Source: a phage. From it: a stretch of DNA of 64,000 nucleotides. The translations under genes and the position numbers were made by a program. The DNA lies in sequence record OZ346182.1, one strand, 5' to 3'. Below the pieces are notes generated by a model. It had not been told where the DNA came from. It did no database searches and saw nothing but the letters and a program-made list of their open reading frames with translations. The number at the start of each line of letters is the position of its first letter. Position 1 is the first letter of the stretch. Shown piece after piece: positions 20,100-30,257 of this stretch.

Positions 20100-20427
20100 A
20101 ACAAAAAAGCTATCTTATGATGACATTATCTCAGGTGCTAAGTTAGGTGTTGACAGTATCGGACAAGATATCAAGCACGGAGACACAGTCATGTACTGTG
20201 ATGACCGAAGAGGAAGAAGTGCAATCTTGTTTGGAAGGATTGTTTGCAAGATGCGAGGTAATTACGTTGTTGCAGACATGGATGTGAACGTTACACAAAA
20301 ACTTGAAACAATTATGGATGATAATACACCATCATGGTTCCTAAATTGTATGCACACCTCGTCAGTCACAAAAGTAAGTGATAAGTTTTACGATATGTGG
20401 CAGAATGAGCAAATTTTCAAGATTTAA
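20092..20427 (+). CDS. hypothetical protein
   Basis: 111 aa ORF. Confidence 0.35.
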   Translation: MSKTKKLSYDDIISGAKLGVDSIGQDIKHGDTVMYCDDRRGRSAILFGRIVCKMRGNYVVADMDVNVTQKLETIMDDNTPSWFLNCMHTSSVTKVSDKFYDMWQNEQIFKI

Positions 20428-20432
20428 ACTAT

Positions 20433-20457
20433 GGAGCCTCTTCGGAGGCTCTTTTCA
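20433..20457 (+). terminator. rho-independent terminator
   Basis: GGAGCCTC-TTCG-GAGGCTC-TTTTC. Confidence 0.6.
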
Positions 20458-20473
20458 TCTGTAGGATTCAAAA

Positions 20474-22708
20474 ATGATTAAGACAATTAAAAAATCAAAC
20501 GGTACAGTAGTAAGCTTTGACCCAGAAAGACTGAATAAGTGGGCATCATGGGCAGATAAACGTGGGATTATCTGGTCAGAAGTCACTATGGAAGCCATGA
20601 AACGTGTCTATGAGGGTTGCACTACAAAAGAGATGCACCAAGCCATGATTGATGTTTGTGTTGATAAACAAACTCAAGAGTACTCAGATATGGCTGGACG
20701 ACTGCTTTTGGGTATTATCTACAAAGAAGCCTTTGGAGGCTTTACTAAGGTTCCTACGCTGGTTACCTTCGTTAAAAATATGGAGAGAGCAGGACTTTGG
20801 GAGAAGATGGACTATTCACAGGAAGAGCTTGAATATCTGCAAGGTTACATCGTACACTCAAAAGATATCTCTTACGGCTATGCAGTCTTGAAACAGTTCA
20901 GAGACAAGTATGGTATCCGTGATATTAAAACTGGAAGACTTTTTGAGTCACCACAATTTATGTTTATGGGTATGGCTATGAAAGCCTTTGAGAAGCAACC
21001 AAAGCACCGTAGACTGCAAGATGTTATCAAGCTGTACACTTACCTATCCGACCTGAAGATTAACGCTCCTACGCCTTATTTAAATGGTTTAAGAGCAACT
21101 AAATCAGGTTATGCGTCATGCTGTTTGATTAAGGCAAATGATACTGCTGAGTCTCTCGGTATTGCTGCAAAGGTTGCTTATGATATGACCACAAAGCAAG
21201 CTGGTATTGGTATGCTGATGGAGACACGTACTATTGGTGATGGTATCCGTCAAAACACTATTGAGCACATGGGTAAACTACCTTATTACAAGCTTGTACG
21301 TTCATCTGTAGAGGCAAACAAACAGAAGAGCCGTGGTGGTTCAGCTAATAACTTCTACACCGCTCTAGACCCGCAGATTGAAGACTTACTGCGTTTGAAG
21401 CACCCTACAACGGTTCCTTCTAAACGTATTAATGAGATGGACTACTCATTCGGCACAAACGATTATTTCTGGCAGTGTGTTCAGTATGATACAGATTGGT
21501 TGCTATTCTCGTACAAAGATGCACCAAAACTCTATGACATGTTCTACACAGCATCTGCTGATGAGTTTGCTATGGCAGTTGGTCACGCAGTACACTCAGG
21601 AGTTAAGCACAGACGAGTTAAGGCTCGTGAAATTGCTAAGCTGTTTATTCAACAGCGTTATGCTACAGGACGTGTGTATCCATTCTTCACTAACAATGCA
21701 AACACACATACACCATTTAAAGAGCCTTTGAAGATGTCAAATCTTTGTATGGAAATTGTGTTGCCAGTGTATGGTTTTGAGAAAGAGACAGACCTTTACA
21801 GAGACGATGCTGTGAAAGAGGATGGTGAGGTGGCTCTTTGCTTCCTAGCTAGTTTGGTTGCAGGGAGAATTTCAGAAGATGAATACGCTGACGTTGCTTA
21901 TTATGCTCTTGCAATGGTTGACTCCGTTATTGACCTTATGGATTATCCGTATCCGTCGATGCGTAACCATGTTCAGAAGCGTCGTTCTGTTGGGATTGGC
22001 CTTACAAATGTGGCTCATTACCTTGCGAAGAACTACGTGAACTACTCTTCACGAGCAGGTAAAACGAAACTTCATGAACTTGCAGAGATGCACTCTTACT
22101 ATCTGCATGAAGCTTCTCTGAGACTTGCTAAAGAGCGTGGTGTTCCAGAGTACATGAAGTTCACTAAGTATCCTGAAGGCTGGGTTCCTCCAAAGACAGC
22201 TAACAAGAAGATTGATGAAAAGCATGATGCAAAACTACGATATGATTGGGATGACTTAGCACAACGTATCAAAGAAAATGGTGGAATCCGAAACTCTGTA
22301 TTAGAAGCTTACATGCCTAATGAGAGTTCTTCACTAGCAACTAATACGACAAACGGCTTGTACCCAATTCGTGACTTTATTTTAACTAAAAAGTCTGCAA
22401 CTGGTAACGTACTGTTTATTGTTCCAGATTATGAAGAGTTGAAGTATGTCTATGAAATTGCTTGGAATATTGACACCTTTGATATGATTGATTGTTATGC
22501 AATTGTTCAAAAGTTCACTGGTCAAGCTATCTCTTCAGACTTCTATGTTGACTATGCAAAGTCTAAGAAGGTATCATTGGCTCAAGCTCTGAAGTACATG
22601 ATTTATGCCAACTCGGTAGGTATGAAAACAATGTACTACCTTAACAGTCGCATTGGTGTAGGTAAATCTGCACTGCAAGATGCTTATTGCGAGGGTTGTG
22701 GTGTTTAG
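20474..22708 (+). CDS. nrdA: ribonucleotide reductase class Ia large subunit
   Basis: 744 aa; ATP-cone N-terminus; NLCMEIV active-site motif; C-terminal CEGCG. Confidence 0.95.
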   Translation: MIKTIKKSNGTVVSFDPERLNKWASWADKRGIIWSEVTMEAMKRVYEGCTTKEMHQAMIDVCVDKQTQEYSDMAGRLLLGIIYKEAFGGFTKVPTLVTFVKNMERAGLWEKMDYSQEELEYLQGYIVHSKDISYGYAVLKQFRDKYGIRDIKTGRLFESPQFMFMGMAMKAFEKQPKHRRLQDVIKLYTYLSDLKINAPTPYLNGLRATKSGYASCCLIKANDTAESLGIAAKVAYDMTTKQAGIGMLMETRTIGDGIRQNTIEHMGKLPYYKLVRSSVEANKQKSRGGSANNFYTALDPQIEDLLRLKHPTTVPSKRINEMDYSFGTNDYFWQCVQYDTDWLLFSYKDAPKLYDMFYTASADEFAMAVGHAVHSGVKHRRVKAREIAKLFIQQRYATGRVYPFFTNNANTHTPFKEPLKMSNLCMEIVLPVYGFEKETDLYRDDAVKEDGEVALCFLASLVAGRISEDEYADVAYYALAMVDSVIDLMDYPYPSMRNHVQKRRSVGIGLTNVAHYLAKNYVNYSSRAGKTKLHELAEMHSYYLHEASLRLAKERGVPEYMKFTKYPEGWVPPKTANKKIDEKHDAKLRYDWDDLAQRIKENGGIRNSVLEAYMPNESSSLATNTTNGLYPIRDFILTKKSATGNVLFIVPDYEELKYVYEIAWNIDTFDMIDCYAIVQKFTGQAISSDFYVDYAKSKKVSLAQALKYMIYANSVGMKTMYYLNSRIGVGKSALQDAYCEGCGV

Positions 22709-22763
22709 TTTTAACAACTATGAGGGTCGTAAAAGACCCTCTAAAAATAACTTTGGAGAGACC

Positions 22764-23021
22764 ATGAAAGATTTAATAGAAAAACATGAGCGACCTATAT
22801 ACTTGCTCCACAAGCCTCGGAAAACGATGTACTATGTGAGTAGCACAGACATGATGATAAAACAAAATGATGACTCATGGGTTGCTGGTATCTCTTACAT
22901 CTCTACAGCAGATGGTAAAATCTATGCAAGACCTTATGAGATGTTTAACAAAGAAAATTGGGAAGTTTTAGACAGAAAACAAGCCTTAGAAATGATAAAG
23001 AAAGGAGAAATCACACTATGA
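22764..23021 (+). CDS. hypothetical protein
   Basis: ATG at 22764 within ORF 22680-23021. Confidence 0.3.
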   Translation: MKDLIEKHERPIYLLHKPRKTMYYVSSTDMMIKQNDDSWVAGISYISTADGKIYARPYEMFNKENWEVLDRKQALEMIKKGEITL

Positions 23022-24091
23022 TTAACCAGCACCCAATCTTTTTAGGTGGTGAGAGAAAAACTTTTGACTCACTTAATAAACACTACCCAAAAATCTTTGA
23101 GCTTTATAAGCAACAAAAAGCACAAGACTGGTCAGAAGATGAGTTCCCTTTTGAACAATCACGTCTTGATTTTGAGAGTGTCCCAGCATCAATGTCAGGT
23201 GTAATGCTTGAGATTCTTAAGTGGCAGTGGGAAGCAGATACCCAAGTTGCTAAGAGCTTGGCATTTGCCTTTGCACCATTTATCTCTGATGACATCTATG
23301 CAACTGCAATTATGAAGCAGTCTGAGATTGAAAACCTACATGCTCTTACTTACTCAGAGATTGTAAGGCAATGTATTAAAAACCCTGAAACAATCTTAGA
23401 TGAGATTAACCAGAATGTTGCTGTGCAAGACCGATTAAAAACTGTGAATCGTGTTCTTGAAGAATTACTGGATGAAGGTATAAACTATCGTCTGAATTAT
23501 GTTCGTGATTCACTTCTGGACAAAGACCCTTTACACTTCCATAAAGTGATTCTGAAAGGGCTGTTTGCAGTGACTGCACTTGAAGGTATATCTTTTATGG
23601 CATCATTTGCATGTACTTTTGCACTTGATGCTCAAGATAAATTTCAGGGTATTGCTCAAGCTGTCCAGAAAATTATGCTTGATGAAATCCTTCACACTAA
23701 AATTGATATTGAAGTTTTAAAAGAAACTTTAAGAGATGATGAGTGGCAGAAAGCTTTTCAACAGATTCTTCCAGAGATTAAAGTAATCTTAGATGAAGTA
23801 GTTGAAAGTGAAGAGAAATGGTCGTATTATATCTTCTCCGAAGGACGTGCTGTAGTTGGCTTAAATACAAAGCTTCTTCATGAGTGGGTTTACTATAATG
23901 CTGCCCCACTGTATGATATGTTTGGCATTCCCAGAGATTTTGTAGCTCCTAAAGAACCACCTTTGAAGTACATGATTAAGAAGATGGAAATTGATAAAGA
24001 GCAGAATGCTAATCAGGAGCAACAGAACGGTGCGTACCTATTGAATACTGTTGTAGATGATTTGAATAGTGGATTTTTAGAGGTTCCTTAA
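23018..24091 (+). CDS. nrdB: ribonucleotide reductase class Ia small subunit
   Basis: ATG 23018 after AAAGGAGAAA; ALEGISFMASFA di-iron/tyrosyl region. Confidence 0.9.
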   Translation: MINQHPIFLGGERKTFDSLNKHYPKIFELYKQQKAQDWSEDEFPFEQSRLDFESVPASMSGVMLEILKWQWEADTQVAKSLAFAFAPFISDDIYATAIMKQSEIENLHALTYSEIVRQCIKNPETILDEINQNVAVQDRLKTVNRVLEELLDEGINYRLNYVRDSLLDKDPLHFHKVILKGLFAVTALEGISFMASFACTFALDAQDKFQGIAQAVQKIMLDEILHTKIDIEVLKETLRDDEWQKAFQQILPEIKVILDEVVESEEKWSYYIFSEGRAVVGLNTKLLHEWVYYNAAPLYDMFGIPRDFVAPKEPPLKYMIKKMEIDKEQNANQEQQNGAYLLNTVVDDLNSGFLEVP

Positions 24092-24333
24092 TGACTTATG
24101 TAATTTACTCCAAAACTGGATGCCCTCAGTGTGAGACTGCAAAGAATTTTGCAAAAGCTCGTGGTATTGACCATGTTGTGAGAATGTTAGGGCAGGATTA
24201 TGAACTGTCAGACCTGATGGATATTGCACAGATGCCAGTCCGTCAGATGCCATTCATCATGAAAACCGATGGACAAAACCTAAAACCTGTTGGGACGCTA
24301 CAGAATTTTATGGCAGAGGTGAATAATGCTTAA
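24091..24333 (+). CDS. glutaredoxin-like redoxin (NrdH-like)
   Basis: 80 aa; YSKTGCPQCETAK CxxC motif; directly after nrdB. Confidence 0.75.
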   Translation: MTYVIYSKTGCPQCETAKNFAKARGIDHVVRMLGQDYELSDLMDIAQMPVRQMPFIMKTDGQNLKPVGTLQNFMAEVNNA

Positions 24334-24532
24334 ACGCATTTGGGAAGGTTTGGTTGTTGATGCACCAGCTATTGTGATTGGTATGCTTATTGTTAACCTA
24401 TTTACTGACTTTGAACAAGGTTCATTGTTTGGAGCCATGTTACTATGGGTTATCTTCGAAATATTAGAGATACAGCTAGGCATCACTGAAAAACTAAGAG
24501 AAATCTTTGCGAAGTTTTCTAAAAAGATTTAA
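24326..24532 (+). CDS. hypothetical small membrane protein
   Basis: 68 aa, hydrophobic. Confidence 0.3.
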   Translation: MLKRIWEGLVVDAPAIVIGMLIVNLFTDFEQGSLFGAMLLWVIFEILEIQLGITEKLREIFAKFSKKI

Positions 24533-24537
24533 AATGA

Positions 24538-24563
24538 AAGGGTCTCTTCGGAGACCTTTTTAG
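24538..24563 (+). terminator. rho-independent terminator
   Basis: AAAGGGTCTC-TTCG-GAGACCTTTTT. Confidence 0.6.
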
Positions 24564-24580
24564 CATGTAAAGGGGCAATA

Positions 24581-25777
24581 ATGAACAAAGTACAGATTAT
24601 TAAAAAGAATGGCTCACTTGAAGAACCTGATATCAAAAAAGTTTTAGCAGCAGTCACAAAGTCAGCTAACAGAGTTGGTTATAAAGAGCTTCCACCAGAT
24701 GTTACTCAAGCTCTTGAGTCAGCATTTATGAGGATTCTGGTAAAGTCCACTAAGCAGAATAATTTGCTAATTTCGGTAAATGATATTCACAGTATTGTTG
24801 AGGGTGCTTTGGCAGAAGTCAATCACGAGATTTATGAGTCTTACTCAACATATAGAAATTACCGTAAAGAGGTTGCTCAAAATTGGGATGAACTCTACCA
24901 GAAGACCAAAGATACACTCTTCTTAGGCGACCGAGAAAACGCTAATTTTGACAGCAGTTTAATTTCTACAAAAGGCTCAATTATTCGTGGTTACCTGACT
25001 AAAGAAATCTTTAAACAGTACCATTTAACACCAGAGGAACTTGAAGCCATTGAAAAAGGATTTATCTATATCCATGATTTAAGAGACCTAATTTTTGGTG
25101 GTATCAACTGTTGCCTGTTTGACATTGGTAAAGTCCTGAAAGGTGGCTTTGAAATGTCTGGCATTGAATATTGTGAACCGAAGTCTGTGCTGTCAGCCTT
25201 ACAGGTTATTGGTGATGTAGTTCTTTCAGCAACTGCACAGCAATTTGGTGGCTTTACTTTAGCAGAGATTGATAAGGTACTTGTACCGTATGCTAAGAAG
25301 TCTCTACGTTACCATGCTGAAAAAGCAACAGCTTATGGTATTCCTAAAGAACATTACCACAACTATGTCATGGAGCAGCTACAGATTGAATTAACTCAAG
25401 GTTTTCAGTCTCTTGAAATGAAGCTCAATACTGTGCCTTGTAGCCGTGGTGATTTTGCATTCACAACTTTGACATTCGGGTTACTTGACTCAGATATGTC
25501 TAATGAAGATAACCGACTGCAATACATGATTGCGAGCACTCTCCTAGATGTTCGTATGAATGGACAAGGTAAGAGCAAGAAACCTGTTGTATTCCCTAAA
25601 CTGGTTTATATTTATGACCAGAAGAGACACAATGAGAATATCTGTCAAGGCCACCTGTACAGTAAAGCTATTGAGTGTTGCTCTAAAGCTATGTATCCAG
25701 ATTTCTTAAGTGTATCTGGACATGGTGCTGTAGCAGAGGCTTTTGAGCGTTCTGGCAAGGTAATTTCCCCGATGGGT
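24581..25777 (+). CDS. nrdD: anaerobic ribonucleotide reductase NrdD, exon 1
   Basis: ATP-cone N-terminus; exon ends ...VISPMG (GGU) immediately before the intron. Confidence 0.9.
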
Positions 25778-26093
25778 TAACAAGCTCTATAGCTCATCTA
25801 AAACGTGCCTAAACAGGGAAACTCTACAGATGTAGACAATCCTGTGCTAAATGATGTACGATGTAAGAAACTATACAACATAGGAGTCTTACATGCCAAA
25901 TAACTTCGAATATGAGTTTGAATACATCTAAATGCCGAACGACTAACCGTGATGAATGTAGCGGTGTAGGGTCAAGCGACTCGAAATGGTACGCTACTTA
26001 GAAATAAGTAGAAGATATAGTCTGGACTTACTGGCGACAGTAAGCAGCTTGAATAAAGCGGGGTAAGCTTAGCGAACTTACTTGAACAACAAG
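25778..26093 (+). ncRNA. group I intron in nrdD (316 nt, no ORF)
   Basis: Exon 1 ends in U, intron ends in G; splicing restores conserved PMG-CRAFL; contains AAACAGGGAAACUCUACAGAUGUAGACAAUCCUGUGCUAAAUG (very like T4 td intron), R-like GAACGACUAA and S-like AAGAUAUAGUCU. Confidence 0.85.
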
Positions 26094-27041
26094 TGTAGAG
26101 CATTTTTATCACCATACCATAACGAACATGGTGAAGAGTTTTATGTAGGTCGTGCTAACATTGGTGCTGTATCTTTGAACTTACCAATGATTTATCAGTA
26201 CACCAAAGAGAATGGCTTAGATTTCTGGAAAGAGCTTGATAAGTACCTAGAAATGATTCGCAGCTTCCACAAGAAACGTTACGAAATGATTGCTAATATG
26301 CCAGCAAGTTCTAACCCTCTTGCATTCACACAGGGTGGTCTGTACAAAGGGAATAAGAAACCTACTGACAAGGTTGGCTGGGATATCGTGAAGTCCTTCA
26401 CAGCTTCTTTTGGGGTTACTGCGCTTGATGAGCTATCTGTTCTTGCTGAAGGTAAACGACTCCATGAAGTTGGAAGCTGTAGTTTTGCATATGATGTTCT
26501 GGCATACATTAACATGAAAACTGAAGAGTTTAAGAACGAAGATGGCTTCTTGTATGCGGTATATGGCACTCCAGCAGAATCACTTTGTGGAACTCAGTTA
26601 AAACAGTTCAGAGATATGTTTGGCGTTATTAAAGGTGTCTCTGACAAGGAATACTTTACAAACAGTTTCCATATGAATGTTGCAGCAGACATCTCACCAT
26701 TTGAGAAGCAGGACTTAGAAGAGCCATTCTTCCATATCTGTAGAGGTGGTAGAATCCAGTATGTAAGGGTAGCTAACCCAGAAAACTTAACAGCACTTAA
26801 AAGTTGTATTACAAGAGGGATGTTGAAAGGTTTCTATCAGGGGCTTAACTTTGACTTAGCAATCTGTGAACATTGTGGTAACAGACCAAAGGCTGATGTT
26901 GAAGAATGTGAGGTTTGCCATTCACATGATATCTCTGTGATTAACAGGGTGTGCGGGTACTTGTCATTCACAAAAATTAAAGGTCAGTCTCGAATGAATG
27001 ACGCTAAGATGGCAGAAATTAAGGATAGGGTTTCTATGTAA
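26094..27041 (+). CDS. nrdD: anaerobic ribonucleotide reductase NrdD, exon 2
   Basis: Begins CRAFLSPY; glycyl-radical motif RVCGYL; zinc ribbon CEHCG...CEVC. Confidence 0.9.
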   Translation, partial: CRAFLSPYHNEHGEEFYVGRANIGAVSLNLPMIYQYTKENGLDFWKELDKYLEMIRSFHKKRYEMIANMPASSNPLAFTQGGLYKGNKKPTDKVGWDIVKSFTASFGVTALDELSVLAEGKRLHEVGSCSFAYDVLAYINMKTEEFKNEDGFLYAVYGTPAESLCGTQLKQFRDMFGVIKGVSDKEYFTNSFHMNVAADISPFEKQDLEEPFFHICRGGRIQYVRVANPENLTALKSCITRGMLKGFYQGLNFDLAICEHCGNRPKADVEECEVCHSHDISVINRVCGYLSFTKIKGQSRMNDAKMAEIKDRVSM

Positions 27042-27052
27042 AACTTGACAAG

Positions 27053-27439
27053 GTGGTGTGGGTCTTGATAGGCTTACATCACCTTTTTATTTGGAGTTAC
27101 ATTATGGACTTGTGGCTTTATGTAGCAGTTTGTGGGATTGTATGTCTGATAATCTTATTTATTCTTGGAATAATGCGATTTAGAGACATCATACAGTCAG
27201 ATTTTTTGCCTGAGTTTACCATGATAGTTGGAGTTATTACACTTTGTGTCTTGGCTGTGTTCTATTCATACAAAACTGTGATATGGATGGAGGCAAACAA
27301 TTGTGTAAAAACTCATCAGCATCGTGAGGTTACTCATTCTGTGAGTGTACTTAGTGGTAGCACCACTATACTTGTCCCACAAACTTCTGTAGAGTATCTT
27401 TACACATGTGATAATGGTAAAACTATATGGTGGAATTAA
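27053..27439 (+). CDS. hypothetical membrane protein
   Basis: 128 aa, two predicted TM segments. Confidence 0.35.
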   Translation: MVWVLIGLHHLFIWSYIMDLWLYVAVCGIVCLIILFILGIMRFRDIIQSDFLPEFTMIVGVITLCVLAVFYSYKTVIWMEANNCVKTHQHREVTHSVSVLSGSTTILVPQTSVEYLYTCDNGKTIWWN

Positions 27440-27642
27440 CAATGACAACACTCTTAAAAGTATTGATACCCATACTACATATAGCAGTCTTCTTTTTTGG
27501 TGTTAGTGTTATGGTATGGGGATTTTCAGACCCACAATGGAGTTTCTCATATCATGGTCAGATGGATTTATGGTCATGCTTCAAACCATTTTTAGGGTTA
27601 GCTATAGCATTCAGTGCATTACCAACTAAGGTGAAATTATGA
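27427..27642 (+). CDS. hypothetical small membrane protein
   Basis: 71 aa, hydrophobic. Confidence 0.3.
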   Translation: MVELTMTTLLKVLIPILHIAVFFFGVSVMVWGFSDPQWSFSYHGQMDLWSCFKPFLGLAIAFSALPTKVKL

Positions 27643-28034
27643 TTAAGTTGAACCAAAAACAGTTAGAGTGGCTTAAAGATTACGCCTCAGAGTGTGGCTC
27701 TTGCGAAAAGAATCACGTAAAATACTCAACATTCCATACAACCTTCACATTGTATATTGGCGACAACGTTCTAAGTGATTCCGTAGAAGATGGTGTACCG
27801 TTGCCTAATGAATTGCTTGACAAATTAGCTGTAGTCACTGGAACTTGGTCTGAAGAAGACGGTCATGAATTATCTGACAATGTTGTCTTCTACAGTCTTG
27901 AAAATATTATGAATCCAGAGTACATTATGCTAATGACTTGTGCACAAGATTGTGTGCCATTGCAAAACTTCATTAAAGAGCACTGTGAAGAATTTATTAC
28001 TAAACAGGTTCCCTGTCAGGTAGTGTTTGAATGA
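27639..28034 (+). CDS. hypothetical Cys-containing protein
   Basis: 131 aa ORF. Confidence 0.35.
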   Translation: MIKLNQKQLEWLKDYASECGSCEKNHVKYSTFHTTFTLYIGDNVLSDSVEDGVPLPNELLDKLAVVTGTWSEEDGHELSDNVVFYSLENIMNPEYIMLMTCAQDCVPLQNFIKEHCEEFITKQVPCQVVFE

Positions 28035-28093
28035 GTAAAACAATTCGAAGAAAAGGTTTAAAGAGCGATTAAATAAATTGGTGAGGTAACTAG

Positions 28094-28579
28094 ATGAATT
28101 ACATGGAGATTAGACCATTCGATACATCTAATGGTGAAGGGGTTCGTGTAAGCCTCTTCGTAGCTGGTTGTAAGCATCACTGTGAAGGCTGCTTTAACAG
28201 GGAGTCTTGGAAGTTTAATGCTGGTAAAGTATTTACTTATGCAAACTTCTACGGCATCATTAAGTTAATGGATGATGATGCTGTCAGTGGGCTGTCAATA
28301 CTTGGTGGAGAACCTCTGGATGATAGAAATATTCAAGAGGTTACCAACATATGCAAACGTATTAAAACCGTTTACCCAGAAAAATCTATCTGGCTCTGGA
28401 CAGGTTTTCAGTTACACGAAAAAATTCACCTAGATGTGATGAAATATGTTGACGTGGTGATTGATGGTAAGTATGATTCATCTAAACCAACAGTTAAACC
28501 ATATCGTGGTTCTGATAACCAAAACCTCTGGAGAAAAGAGTATGGATGGCAAGGCGATTGTCAATGGCGAGCAGAGTGA
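28094..28579 (+). CDS. nrdG: anaerobic ribonucleotide reductase activating protein (radical SAM)
   Basis: VAGCKHHCEGCFN = CxxxCxxC radical-SAM cluster motif. Confidence 0.85.
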   Translation: MNYMEIRPFDTSNGEGVRVSLFVAGCKHHCEGCFNRESWKFNAGKVFTYANFYGIIKLMDDDAVSGLSILGGEPLDDRNIQEVTNICKRIKTVYPEKSIWLWTGFQLHEKIHLDVMKYVDVVIDGKYDSSKPTVKPYRGSDNQNLWRKEYGWQGDCQWRAE

Positions 28580-28817
28580 TTATTCTGGCAAATGGACTTA
28601 CGACATCAACAAGTTAGATGCTTGGATGATTTATACGAGAGAAAAATTTGGTGCAAGTTCATTATGTGCTCTTGCAACGATGGTGAAGAACGTTACCTTT
28701 GACATTCATGACTCAGATAAGTTTGGAGACTTCTACAGGATTCAAAACATCAGAGAAGGCATGACTCCAATTGGTATCACTGAAGAAGAACTTCATAAGT
28801 TCTGTATTAAACTTTAA
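28543..28817 (+). CDS. hypothetical protein
   Basis: Internal ATG of ORF 28461-28817 with AAAAGAG upstream. Confidence 0.3.
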
Positions 28818-29098
28818 TGAGAGAGACTAAAATGGGAATTTTAGGTAATATGAAAGCTGGCTTCTTGAAGGCACTGGCAAAAGCAGCAGCAATCATTTCT
28901 ATGACTGGAAAGCAGGTTGGTGTAGATGCTTCAGCAGTTGCACAAGTTCTTACAAGCCAAATTGAACAGCAACCTTACATCTACGTAGGCCGTGGCAAAG
29001 GTGGTAAAAAACAAGCACATCGACCAACTGGTGCAGCAGCAATTAAACGTGCAGCTAAAAAAGCTCGTAACCGTAAACGTAATAAGAAGGCTAAATAA
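28817..29098 (+). CDS. hypothetical protein with basic C-terminal tail
   Basis: 93 aa; C-terminus KRAAKKARNRKRNKKAK. Confidence 0.35.
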   Translation: MRETKMGILGNMKAGFLKALAKAAAIISMTGKQVGVDASAVAQVLTSQIEQQPYIYVGRGKGGKKQAHRPTGAAAIKRAAKKARNRKRNKKAK

Positions 29099-29100
29099 TC

Positions 29101-29421
29101 ATGAGCAAAGTTTATAACACTCGCAAATTACAGATTTTCGTACTGTGCCAGTTTATGGCTAAAGAATACAACTTCTACTATTGCGGCACAGGTTTTATTA
29201 GCGACGATGATGGTTCATACCTACCATTCAAAGAAGCTGTAAAACTCTTTAATGAAGAGAAAAGCTCTAAGAAAGATATTGAAAAGGTTAAGCTAACTTA
29301 CAGTAAGAAAGATAAGAAGATTATCTGCCTAGATAACTTTGTAAAAGTTACTGGAGAAGCAAAAGAGTTTATGGATGAGAGTGAGATTTCATTCACAAGC
29401 ATCTTGAAAGTAGCTCAGTAA
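29101..29421 (+). CDS. hypothetical protein
   Basis: 106 aa ORF. Confidence 0.35.
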   Translation: MSKVYNTRKLQIFVLCQFMAKEYNFYYCGTGFISDDDGSYLPFKEAVKLFNEEKSSKKDIEKVKLTYSKKDKKIICLDNFVKVTGEAKEFMDESEISFTSILKVAQ

Positions 29422-29433
29422 ACAGATACTATA

Positions 29434-29463
29434 AGGGAACTGTAAAGGTTCCCTTTTTATTTT
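29434..29463 (+). terminator. rho-independent terminator
   Basis: AGGGAAC-TGTAAAG-GTTCCCT-TTTTATTTT. Confidence 0.6.
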
Positions 29464-29585
29464 GGAGATGATATGTATCTGTCAAACCTAAAACGTTCTG
29501 CTGCAATGTCAGTGTTAAGACTTAGCTTTGAGGAACGTCAAGAGTTCATTGACTCCACCAATACGACCCCTCAAACTCCAATCAC

Positions 29586-29858
29586 ATGATTCTCTGGAAT
29601 CGTGAAAGTACTCGTGAAAGAGTACTATTCCGTTATTACCCACACTACACTATAGATAACCTGTATGAATGTTTTGTTGTGAAGAACACCATTGCAGTGC
29701 TCAATAAGCTTTGTAGATACACAGGTAGTCAATCCTTCACATTAGGCCACCACAAACCTGTTACAAAAGGTGGTGAACATCACTGTGCAAACTGGTTTAT
29801 TCAGACTAAAGCTGATAACCAGAAGCAAGGAGATAACCTTTTAAGTGCCCTAAGATGA
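29586..29858 (+). mobile_element. small HNH endonuclease-like protein (start uncertain, possible frameshift with upstream 38-codon ORF at 29473)
   Basis: GHHKPVTKGGEHHCANWFIQTKADNQKQGDN resembles HNH core. Confidence 0.45.
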
Positions 29859-29978
29859 CCTATGAAGAGCAAGAGAGATATATCAAAAATAATATGCCAG
29901 ATGTGCTTGACAACAACTATACAGATTTGGCAATATCTCTCCTGTTGAAGTTCGAGACAGTTTATAGGGCAACTTATA

Positions 29979-30257
29979 ATGGCTAAAGAAAAGTGGGAGA
30001 TTTTACCATTAGTCAGTGAAGGAGGTAATGGTTGTGAAATGTACATGATACGTGGTCATGTTCCAGAGCCAATTGCACTTGAGATGGTAAACAACTTTAC
30101 AGATGGTTCTTACAAAGACTTAGGCGAACCAACTGTCAAGCAACAATGGGTTAAACCTGTACCAGACAGCACAGGTAACTGTAGTGTACTTTATCACGTT
30201 GTAGACCCTGCAAAATGCAAATCTGCAATGGCAGTAACAAACGTAACTTTTGATTGA
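29979..30257 (+). CDS. hypothetical protein
   Basis: 92 aa ORF. Confidence 0.35.
   Translation: MAKEKWEILPLVSEGGNGCEMYMIRGHVPEPIALEMVNNFTDGSYKDLGEPTVKQQWVKPVPDSTGNCSVLYHVVDPAKCKSAMAVTNVTFD

Noticed and set aside
29473-29586. 38-codon ORF upstream of the small HNH gene as its frameshifted N-terminus
   Set aside because: No sequence basis to link the two frames; noted but not asserted.
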